A stretch of DNA of 32,683 nt, from contig JAYTFI010000220.1 in the NCBI GenBank assembly GCA_043734485.1, positions 1 to 32,683 on the forward strand, written 5' to 3'. Positions 16,611 to 24,409 of this stretch are shown piece after piece (position 1 is the stretch's first letter; each line of letters opens with the position of its first letter). The notes below the pieces were generated by a model, which did no database searches, was not told the origin of the DNA, and saw only the letters and a program-made list of their open reading frames with translations. This DNA is from Acidimicrobiales bacterium (GTDB lineage Bacteria; Actinomycetota; Acidimicrobiia; Acidimicrobiales; JANYDT01). The translations under genes and the position numbers were made by a program.

Positions 16611-17525
16611 GTGGCCTGGCCCGTGGACGAGTTCGTGCAGTCGCTCACGGCCGAGTCGCCGAATACGGTTGCGGCCTATCGGTCCGACGTCGTCGCCTTC
16701 GTCGCCTGGGCGTTGCGTGGCGGACACGACGGACCCGCTTCCGTCGACCGCATCGTGCTGCGCCGGTACCTCGCCTTCCTGTCGACCAAGGGTCTCGCCC
16801 GGCGCACCATGGCCCGCAAGGTCGCTTCGTTGAGGCGGCTGTTCGGGTACCTGGCACGGCGAGGCGTGATACCGCTCGACCCCACGATCCGCCTGCAGGT
16901 GCCGGCGGGCACGGCGCGCCTGCCACGGGTCCTTTCAGAAGGCGAACTCGACGCGCTCCTCGACGGTCCATCCGTCTGGGATGGTGCCGTCGCCGACGGG
17001 AGCACCGATGCGCGATCCCGAACCCAGGATCGTCGCGACAGCATCGTGGTCGAGCTGTTGTACGGGAGCGGTCTCCGGGTGAGCGAGCTCTGTTCAGTCG
17101 CACCGTCCGACATCGATCTCCGCCAGCGGATGATCCGGGTGCTCGGAAAGGGAAGCAAAGAGCGGATCGTGCCGCTGAGCGAACCATCTGTCGCTCTCCT
17201 CCGAGCCTGGCTCGGCGGCGAACGGACTGCGTATCTGCGCGAGCACGCACTCGAGGATGGGCACGGCCGTCTGTTCTCGAACAACCGTGGGCGGGCGCTC
17301 ACTCCCCGCGATGTGCGCCGTATCATCGACCGGCGTTCCATTGCCCCCACGCATCCGCACGCGCTCCGCCATACCTTCGCCACCCACCTGCTCGACGGCG
17401 GCGCAGATCTGCGGGTCGTACAGGAACTGCTCGGGCACGCCGACCTTGCGACCACACAGCACTACACGCATGTGAGCAAGGATCGGCTCCGGTCGATCTA
17501 TGCAAAGACGCACCCGCGAGCGTGA
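16611..17525 (+). CDS. xerC: tyrosine recombinase XerC
   Basis: 304-aa ORF with GTG start. The N-terminal SAM-like domain reads SPNTVAAYRSDVVAF...ARKVASLRRLF. Catalytic residues appear as LLYGSGLRVSEL (Arg), HALRHTFATHLL (H-x-x-R) and LGHADLATTQHYTH (His/Tyr). The position next to dprA is conserved in Actinobacteria. Confidence 0.9.
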   Translation: MAWPVDEFVQSLTAESPNTVAAYRSDVVAFVAWALRGGHDGPASVDRIVLRRYLAFLSTKGLARRTMARKVASLRRLFGYLARRGVIPLDPTIRLQVPAGTARLPRVLSEGELDALLDGPSVWDGAVADGSTDARSRTQDRRDSIVVELLYGSGLRVSELCSVAPSDIDLRQRMIRVLGKGSKERIVPLSEPSVALLRAWLGGERTAYLREHALEDGHGRLFSNNRGRALTPRDVRRIIDRRSIAPTHPHALRHTFATHLLDGGADLRVVQELLGHADLATTQHYTHVSKDRLRSIYAKTHPRA

Positions 17526-17590
17526 GGGTGCGCCCCGACCGGTGAGTCGTCGCATATGGTGAGTCCGTCTGTGGAGCCGTGTGCGCGACG

Positions 17591-17653
17591 GCGCGCGATT
17601 TCGGAGGGCGAAATCGAGCCCGTAGTTGCGCGCAATGCCGGTTCGCGCGCAAT
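17591..17653. promoter_or_regulatory. palindrome/hairpin cluster upstream of the sigma-factor gene
   Basis: Perfect 8-bp hairpin cgatttcg-gaggg-cgaaatcg at 17596-17616. 10-bp palindrome ttgcgcgcaa at 17626-17635. Direct repeat gttgcgcgcaat (17625-17636) / gttcgcgcgcaat (17641-17653). Function is unknown. Confidence 0.35.
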
Positions 17654-17732
17654 CATGAACGCGTCTGCGACACCAATCCACAATAAACGCCGCTACCCTT
17701 TGCCCATCGATGCCGACCGGAGAAGCTGACCT

Positions 17733-18512
17733 GTGACCGAGGAGTCCGAGGAGCAGCGTGCGCTCTCCCTGTTATGGCGGTCCTACAAGGACTCCGGATC
17801 GCTTGAGTCCCGCGACCGCCTCATCCTGCACTACTCAGCCCTCGTCAAGTACGTGGCCAGCCGTGTCTCGGTCGGTCTGCCGCAGAACGTCGAGCAGGCC
17901 GATCTGGTCAGCTACGGGATCTTTGGGCTGATCGACGCCATCGACAAGTTCGAAGTCGACCGCGGGATCAAGTTCGAGACGTATGCAATCCGACGGGTGC
18001 GCGGAGCCATCATCGACGAATTGCGTTCGATCGACTGGGTGCCGCGTTCGATCCGGGCGAAGGCCCGCGCCGTCGAGAACGCATTCGGCTCGCTCGAGTC
18101 CGACCTGGGTCGTGCCCCGACGGACGCCGAGATGGCCAAGGCGCTGGAGATGACCGAGACCGAGTTGCAGAACGTCTTCACGCAGGTCTCCTTCGTGGGT
18201 GTTGTCGCCCTCGACGACATGTTCACCCGAGGAGGCGAACGCGGCGAGTCGACGACCTTGGCCGAGACCATTGCCGACAAGGCCGAAGGTCCGAGCGGGC
18301 TGTACGAGGTCGAGGAGATGCGTCAGGCACTCGCGTCTGCGGTGAATCGCATGCCCGAGCGGGAGAAGGTCGTTCTGACGCTTTACTACTACGAGGGTCT
18401 CACGCTCGCGGAGATCGGCGAGGTCCTCGGGGTCACCGAGAGCCGCGTCTGCCAGATCCACACGCGCGCCGTGCTGCAACTTCGGGCCAAACTGGCCACC
18501 GCAAGCGCCTGA
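17733..18512 (+). CDS. whiG: FliA/WhiG-family (sigma-28 type) RNA polymerase sigma factor
   Basis: 259-aa ORF with GTG start after GGAGAAG. Region 2 reads [18 protein letters not shown]...[18 protein letters not shown]. Region 4.2 is [29 protein letters not shown]. The position between xerC and the M23-like gene/rpsB matches Streptomyces whiG synteny. The symbol is given by synteny; it could equally be annotated fliA. Confidence 0.8.
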   Translation: MTEESEEQRALSLLWRSYKDSGSLESRDRLILHYSALVKYVASRVSVGLPQNVEQADLVSYGIFGLIDAIDKFEVDRGIKFETYAIRRVRGAIIDELRSIDWVPRSIRAKARAVENAFGSLESDLGRAPTDAEMAKALEMTETELQNVFTQVSFVGVVALDDMFTRGGERGESTTLAETIADKAEGPSGLYEVEEMRQALASAVNRMPEREKVVLTLYYYEGLTLAEIGEVLGVTESRVCQIHTRAVLQLRAKLATASA

Positions 18513-18547
18513 CCGCCTGCGGTCCTTAGCGCAAGAATCCCCGGCTT

Positions 18548-18583
18548 CCCCCTGTCGGCTGTGCCAAACCCTCAGGGGGTTTT
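18548..18583 (+). terminator. weak terminator-like hairpin after the sigma-factor gene (ccccctg ... caggggg + TTTT)
   Basis: 7-bp GC stem (18548-18554 / 18573-18579) with an 18-nt loop, followed by tttt at 18580-18583. The large loop and the immediate ATG at 18587 make this uncertain. The G-run could instead serve as the SD of the next gene. Confidence 0.25.
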
Positions 18584-18586
18584 CCG

Positions 18587-19111
18587 ATGCGTTTACGCCT
18601 CAGTGTTGCGCTGCTGTTTGTCGTCCTGTTGTCTGGTGTCGATCCCCTCTTCACACCGCCGGCGGCCGCACTCGCATCTACGCTCCCGCGTTCCGATGTG
18701 TCGTCGATCTCGCCGCGGAAGGTGGTCTACGCCTTCCCGGTCGACGGCGCGATCATCGACCCGTACCGTCCTCCGAGCAAACCCTACGGGCCCGGGAATC
18801 GCGGGGTGGTGCTGGCCACCACACCCGGCGCTCCGGTCGGCGCGCCTGCCGACGGGGTCGTCGTGTTCGCCGGCCAGGTCGGCGGGGATCTCTTTGTGGT
18901 GATCCTGCACGCCGATGGCGTCCGCACCACGCTTGGCTATCTGGCCACCGTCCTCGTAGCCGTCGGGCAACGTGTCCATGCCGGCCAGTGGGTCGGCCGA
19001 GCAAAGTCATCGGTCCACTTCGGCGCCAGGGCCGGGCCGGACTACATCGATCCACTGAGCCTGTTGGAACCCCAGATCCCGAAGGTATGGCTCATCCCGT
19101 CGCGGCACTGA
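18587..19111 (+). CDS. secreted M23/LytM-domain protein with degenerate active-site motifs
   Basis: 174-aa ORF with a signal-peptide-like N-terminus (MRLRLSVALLFVVLLSG). The LytM-fold pattern reads GNRGVVLATTPGAPVGAPADGVVVFAG...VILHADGVRTTLGYL...GQWVGRA..SVHFGAR. N and V sit where the HxxxD His and Asp are expected, and only one His remains of the HxH motif. Confidence 0.75.
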   Translation: MRLRLSVALLFVVLLSGVDPLFTPPAAALASTLPRSDVSSISPRKVVYAFPVDGAIIDPYRPPSKPYGPGNRGVVLATTPGAPVGAPADGVVVFAGQVGGDLFVVILHADGVRTTLGYLATVLVAVGQRVHAGQWVGRAKSSVHFGARAGPDYIDPLSLLEPQIPKVWLIPSRH

Positions 19112-19331
19112 CCGGTGACCTCCCGGCCCCTGACCGGCCGGTTGCCATCCGCGTGTTCCCCGCGTTTCGCCCCGCACGCTGGCGTGTCGTCAGGTGCCGC
19201 GCAGGCCGCTATCGTTGCCGTGCCCTCGGAACAGTCCGCGGGCGACGTCGTTCGGAACACTCCGGTCGCGCCCTGTGCGCGCACCCGGTCGTCGTCGTTG
19301 CATCGGACAACCGGAGCTAGAGGAGCACACC

Positions 19332-20282
19332 ATGGCCGCTGCTGGCCCTGTCGTCACCATGCGCCAACTTCTTGAGGCGGGCGTCCACTTCGGACACCAG
19401 ACCCGCCGCTGGAACCCCAAGATGAAGCGATTCATCTTCGGTGAGCGCAACGGCATCTACATCATCGACCTGAACCAGACGCTGACCCGCGTCGAGTCGG
19501 CGTATACCTACGTCCGCGACCTCGTCGCCGGTGGCGGCACGATCCTGTTCGTGGGTACCAAGAAGCAGGCGCAGGATCCGATCTCGACGTACGCCGACCG
19601 CTGTGGGATGCCGTACATCAACGAGCGTTGGCTCGGCGGCATGCTCACCAACTTCTCCACGATCAGCGGGCGTGTGAAGAAGATGACGGAGTACGAGCGC
19701 ATGAAGGTCGCCGGCGACTTCGAAGCCATGCCGAAGAAGGAAGCGCTCATCCTCGGTCGCGAGCTCATCAAGCTGCAGCGCAACCTCGGCGGCATCCGTG
19801 GCATGACGCGGCTGCCCGATGCCATCTTCGTGCTCGACACGAAGAAGGAGCACATCGCGGTCACTGAAGCCAGGAAGCTCGGTTTGCCCGTCGTCGCCGT
19901 GGTCGACACCAACTGCGACCCCGATGTCATCGACTACATAATCCCCGGCAACGACGATGCCATCCGCGCCGGGAATCTGCTCTGTCGCGTGATCGCCGAC
20001 GCCGTAGAAGAGGGTCGCTTCATCAACGCCCGCCGCAACGGTGGCCGCTCGACGGTGCCGAACACGGCCGACGTCGCCCTCGACGCAGAGGCCGAAGCCA
20101 AGCGCTCCGAGCAGCAGTCCTTCGCCCGCAACCAGGCGGCCCAGGCCCAGCAAGAGCGAGAGGCGCGTCTACTTGCTTCAAAGGTCGAAGCCGCGGCGAA
20201 GGGCGATGAGGTCGCCGAGGCTGCGCCTGTCGAGGCTGCGCCTGTCGAGGCTTCTCCGGTGGACGCGTCCGCCGAAGCCTGA
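19332..20282 (+). CDS. rpsB: 30S ribosomal protein S2
   Basis: ATG 19332 is preceded by [46 protein letters not shown] is a canonical uS2 sequence. A ~70-aa Ala/Glu/Pro-rich C-terminal tail is present. The track start at 19194 is rejected. Confidence 0.95.
   Translation: MAAAGPVVTMRQLLEAGVHFGHQTRRWNPKMKRFIFGERNGIYIIDLNQTLTRVESAYTYVRDLVAGGGTILFVGTKKQAQDPISTYADRCGMPYINERWLGGMLTNFSTISGRVKKMTEYERMKVAGDFEAMPKKEALILGRELIKLQRNLGGIRGMTRLPDAIFVLDTKKEHIAVTEARKLGLPVVAVVDTNCDPDVIDYIIPGNDDAIRAGNLLCRVIADAVEEGRFINARRNGGRSTVPNTADVALDAEAEAKRSEQQSFARNQAAQAQQEREARLLASKVEAAAKGDEVAEAAPVEAAPVEASPVDASAEA
20217..20261 (+). repeat. 15-bp in-frame tandem repeat in the rpsB tail ([15 protein letters not shown])
   Basis: gaggctgcgcctgtc occurs at 20217-20231 and 20232-20246. 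A degenerate third copy gaggcttctccggtg is at 20247-20261. Confidence 0.85.
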
Positions 20283-20340
20283 CCGGACGACGGCCCATTC
20301 GGTGGGTCAACCCGATTCGCACCGCACGCGAAGAGGGACT

Positions 20341-20369
20341 CACCTGCCGCCGGTCGAGAGCGGCAGGTG
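20341..20369 (+). promoter_or_regulatory. perfect 10-bp stem-loop in the rpsB-tsf spacer (cacctgccgc-cggtcgaga-gcggcaggtg)
   Basis: Read directly from the sequence. No T-tract follows. It could be an attenuating or processing structure between rpsB and tsf. Confidence 0.35.
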
Positions 20370-20443
20370 CTCGGCGCGGGGACGCAAGTACGCACCGCCG
20401 AAGCAGTACAGAGCCGAACGAACGAGAACGAGAGCAGCGACAC

Positions 20444-21232
20444 ATGGCAATCACGGCAAAGGACATCCAGCGGCTTCGCGAGATCGCGGGAGTTGGGATG
20501 ATGGACGCGAAGAAGGCCCTCGAGGCCTCCGACGGCGATTTCGAAGAGGCAAAGAAGTACCTTCGCGAGAAGGGCCTCGCGAAGATGGCGGAGCGGGCCG
20601 ATCGGGACAACGCGCAAGGCGCAGTCGCGATCGGTGTAGCTGGCAACGCAAGCGCTATCGCGCAGGTGAAGTGCGAGACCGACTTCGTGGCCAAGTCACC
20701 GGACTTCAAGGCGCTTGTGCAGGCCATCGCCGACACGGTGGCGGCCGAGGGCGAAGCCGCCGTGAGCAAGCATCACGAGAAGCTCGACTCGCTCATCGTG
20801 TCGCTCAAGGAGAACCTCGAACTCGGCCGCATCGTGCGCTTCGAAGCCCCGCAGGGTTCGGTCATCGACACGTATCTGCACGTGCAGAGCGAGCGGGGCG
20901 TCAATGCCACCATGGTCGAGGTCGCGAACGGCGCGAAGGAGCTGGCGCACGATCTCGCCCTGCATGTCGCCTTCGCCCGTCCGCTGTACCTGACGCGTGA
21001 CGAGGTTCCGGCCGACACGATCGCCCGCGAGCGAGCGACGCTCGAGGCCATCACCCGGAACGAAGGCAAGCCCGAGGCCGCGATCGGCAAGATCGTCGAA
21101 GGCCGCATGAACGGCTACTTCAAGGAGCGCTGCCTCATCGAACAGGAGTACGCGAAGGACAACAAGCAGACAATCAAAGGCATTGTCGGATCGGCCACGA
21201 TCACCCGCTTCGCCCAGGTCGAGATCGGCTGA
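20444..21232 (+). CDS. tsf: translation elongation factor Ts
   Basis: MAITAKDIQRLREIAGVGMMDAKKALEASDGDFEEAKKYLREKG is a canonical EF-Ts UBA-like N-terminus. 262 aa. Synteny with rpsB supports the call. Confidence 0.95.
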   Translation: MAITAKDIQRLREIAGVGMMDAKKALEASDGDFEEAKKYLREKGLAKMAERADRDNAQGAVAIGVAGNASAIAQVKCETDFVAKSPDFKALVQAIADTVAAEGEAAVSKHHEKLDSLIVSLKENLELGRIVRFEAPQGSVIDTYLHVQSERGVNATMVEVANGAKELAHDLALHVAFARPLYLTRDEVPADTIARERATLEAITRNEGKPEAAIGKIVEGRMNGYFKERCLIEQEYAKDNKQTIKGIVGSATITRFAQVEIG

Positions 21233-21311
21233 TCCCGACGAAACCCGGTCTGACGGGCGTCGAGGGTCCTAAACGCCTTTGCGGCGTGGTCCCGGAAGTC
21301 GAGGAAGCGCG

Positions 21312-22057
<746 letters not shown>

Positions 22058-22061
<4 letters not shown>

Positions 22062-22615
22062 TCGATGATCTGCTGGCCGACGCCATGGAGAAGATGGCCA
22101 AAGCCACAGCCCATGTACAGGAAGAGTTTTCGGCCGTGCGCACAGGTCGAGCCACCCCTGCGCTGGTCGAGAAGCTGCGCGTGGAGTACTACGGCAGCGA
22201 CACACCGCTGCAGCAGCTGGCCAGTTTCAGTGTGCCCGAGGCACGTGTGCTGATCATCCAGCCCTACGACCGGGCGTCGCTCAAGGCCATCGAAAAGGCG
22301 ATCACCAACTCGGACCTCGGCGTGAACCCGAACAACGACGGTGTCATCATCCGCCTGAACTTTCCGCCGCTCACGCAGGAACGTCGCAAGGACTTCGTGA
22401 AGATCGTGAAGGCCAAGGCGGAGGACGGCAAGGTCGCCGTGCGCAACGTGCGACGTTCGGTGCGCTCTGCACTCGAGCGTTCGGAGAAGGACGGCGAGAT
22501 CTCCTCCGACGAGCTGAAGCGGGCCGAGAAGGATCTCGACAAGGTGACCGAGGAGCACGTCTCGGAGATCGATCGGCACTTGCTCCTCAAAGAGCAGGAG
22601 TTGCTCGAGGTATGA
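22058..22615 (+). CDS. frr: ribosome recycling factor
   Basis: 185-aa ORF with an ATGA overlap with pyrH. ...[29 protein letters not shown]...[27 protein letters not shown] is a canonical RRF sequence. Confidence 0.95.
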
Positions 22616-22703
22616 GCGTGCGACCCCCCATCGACGGAGTGGCGACGAAGTCCGGCGATGCCGGTAATTCGCGCGTAGCCCGACCCCGCAAAGAAGGAGC
22701 AAG

Positions 22704-24320
22704 GTGGACGACGATCTGAGCCAGCCGCAGGCCGTGGAGGGCATCCGGATCACCGGAGCGCAGGAAGCCCTGCCGGCTGAGGCGAGTCGTCCATCGGGCG
22801 GCGACGATGGCGTTCCCCGAACGGGTCGAACCACGCGGCCGGCGGCGTCGTGGGACGACGAGGACGACGAGCCGTGGGACGACGAGTGGCTCGCGGCCGC
22901 AGGCGACATCGACCGCTCCACGACCGGTGCGCAGGATGACGAGCACGATGATGACGCGGGTGACGACGGTTCCTGGCCGTCAGTGGCCGACACCGATGGG
23001 CAGATCCGTCCTGACCGCAGTCCGGCACCCGCCTCAGGCTCGGAGCTGTCGGACCGCGCGGTGACAATCGGCAACGATGCGTCGCCTGATGACGCCCGGT
23101 CATGGTCGTCGTTCGCAGGGCAGGGGCCACGGTGGCGGAACAACGCCGACGACTGGGACGACGCTGACGGGGACGGTTCGCTGATCCACGATGACGACAC
23201 CCGCGTCGGCGCGCTTGATCCCGACCGGTCAGACGAAAGTGATCTGTACACCTTCGACGACCTCCCGGCGAAGGACGTTGCGAAGCAGGCAGTCGGCGGC
23301 GAGAAGGTAGCTGCCCGTTCTGGTGGTCGTCGCGCCGTTCGGCGACGTAGCGATGCCGTCGCCGAGCCCGTCGCGCCTTCGGTTCGGGCCACCGGCAGCA
23401 GCGCCCGGCCCGGACAACGACGACCGACCGGCGGGGCCGGCAAGCCGGGCGGAACGGCTCGCCCCGGGGGTCGCAACGGCGGAGGATCGATGAACGGAAA
23501 CGGCAGGGGCCGGGACTCCGGCCCCATCTCCATGGGGGCACGGGTCGGCACAGGTGTCGTGCTGCTCGGCGGTGCGCTTCTCGTGCTGATCTTCCTGAAG
23601 CGTCCGGGCGGCGTCATCCTGATCACACTGGCGCTCACGCTGGCCGTGCTCGAGCTGTTCACCGCCCTACGCCAGCGCGGGTTCCAGCCCGCCATCATCC
23701 CAGCCGCCGCCGGCGTGGCGCTGATGCCGTTTGTGGCCTACAACCGGGGAAGCGGGGGCCTGCTGATCACGCTGATCCTGGCCACGATGACGTGTCTGCT
23801 CTGGTACCTCGTCGGCGTCGTGCGTGACCGCCCAGCGGTCAACATGGCCGTCAGCGTGCTCGGCGTTCTGTACGTCGGCGTGCTCGGGTCTACAGGCGGC
23901 CTGATCCTGCAGCACCCGAAGGGCGTCACGATCCTGCTCGGCGCGGTGGTCGGCACGGTTGCCTATGACGTGTGCGGCTACTTCGTCGGTGCCAACGCCG
24001 GCAAGATCCCGCTCGCCCCGGAGATCAGTCCGAACAAGACGGTCGAGGGTCTCGTGTTCGGCATGATCGGGGCGATCCTCGTCTGCACCGCGGTGTTCGC
24101 CCGCTTCCGCCCCTTCCACCTGAAGGAGGCCGCCCTCCTCGGGCTCGTGGTCGCGGTGATGGCGCCGCTCGGCGATCTGTGCGAGTCGATGATCAAGCGC
24201 GACCTGGGCATCAAGGACATGGGTACGGTGCTTCCCGGCCATGGTGGGATCCTCGATCGCATCGACGCGATGTTGTTCGTCATGCCCGCCGTCTACTTCC
24301 TCGCGTTGAAGGTGCTGTGA
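22704..24320 (+). CDS. cdsA: phosphatidate cytidylyltransferase (CdsA) with a ~260-aa low-complexity N-terminal extension
   Basis: GTG 22704 is preceded by AAGGAG. The C-terminal ~275 aa is a polytopic CdsA with SPNKTVEG and GDLCESMIKRDLGIKD..TVLPGHGGILDRID. The N-terminal part is acidic and Trp-rich, then Arg/Gly-rich. An internal GGAGGAtcgATG at 23490 would give a canonical-length CdsA. Confidence 0.85.
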   Translation: MDDDLSQPQAVEGIRITGAQEALPAEASRPSGGDDGVPRTGRTTRPAASWDDEDDEPWDDEWLAAAGDIDRSTTGAQDDEHDDDAGDDGSWPSVADTDGQIRPDRSPAPASGSELSDRAVTIGNDASPDDARSWSSFAGQGPRWRNNADDWDDADGDGSLIHDDDTRVGALDPDRSDESDLYTFDDLPAKDVAKQAVGGEKVAARSGGRRAVRRRSDAVAEPVAPSVRATGSSARPGQRRPTGGAGKPGGTARPGGRNGGGSMNGNGRGRDSGPISMGARVGTGVVLLGGALLVLIFLKRPGGVILITLALTLAVLELFTALRQRGFQPAIIPAAAGVALMPFVAYNRGSGGLLITLILATMTCLLWYLVGVVRDRPAVNMAVSVLGVLYVGVLGSTGGLILQHPKGVTILLGAVVGTVAYDVCGYFVGANAGKIPLAPEISPNKTVEGLVFGMIGAILVCTAVFARFRPFHLKEAALLGLVVAVMAPLGDLCESMIKRDLGIKDMGTVLPGHGGILDRIDAMLFVMPAVYFLALKVL

Positions 24321-24409
24321 CCTTGGCGGGCGCGGCCCGCCGCCGTTCGTCCGAGCGCTGAACGGCCGCTCACCGGTTTGTCACATGGCCGTGCCAAGCT
24401 GCATCGGCC

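Noticed and set aside
16611-17525. XerC as a marker of an integrated mobile element
   Set aside because: There is no adjacent tRNA, att-like direct repeats, phage or conjugation genes, or compositional shift. The dprA-xerC-(whiG)-M23-rpsB order is conserved chromosomal synteny in Actinobacteria, so this is the housekeeping dimer-resolution recombinase.
16460-17545. 361-aa plus-strand ORF covering the tandem repeats and xerC in another frame
   Set aside because: It is out of frame with XerC, whose catalytic RHRY-type motifs are intact in frame 16611. The translation is Arg/Ala/Gly-rich junk, and its 5' part is simply the translated tandem repeat.
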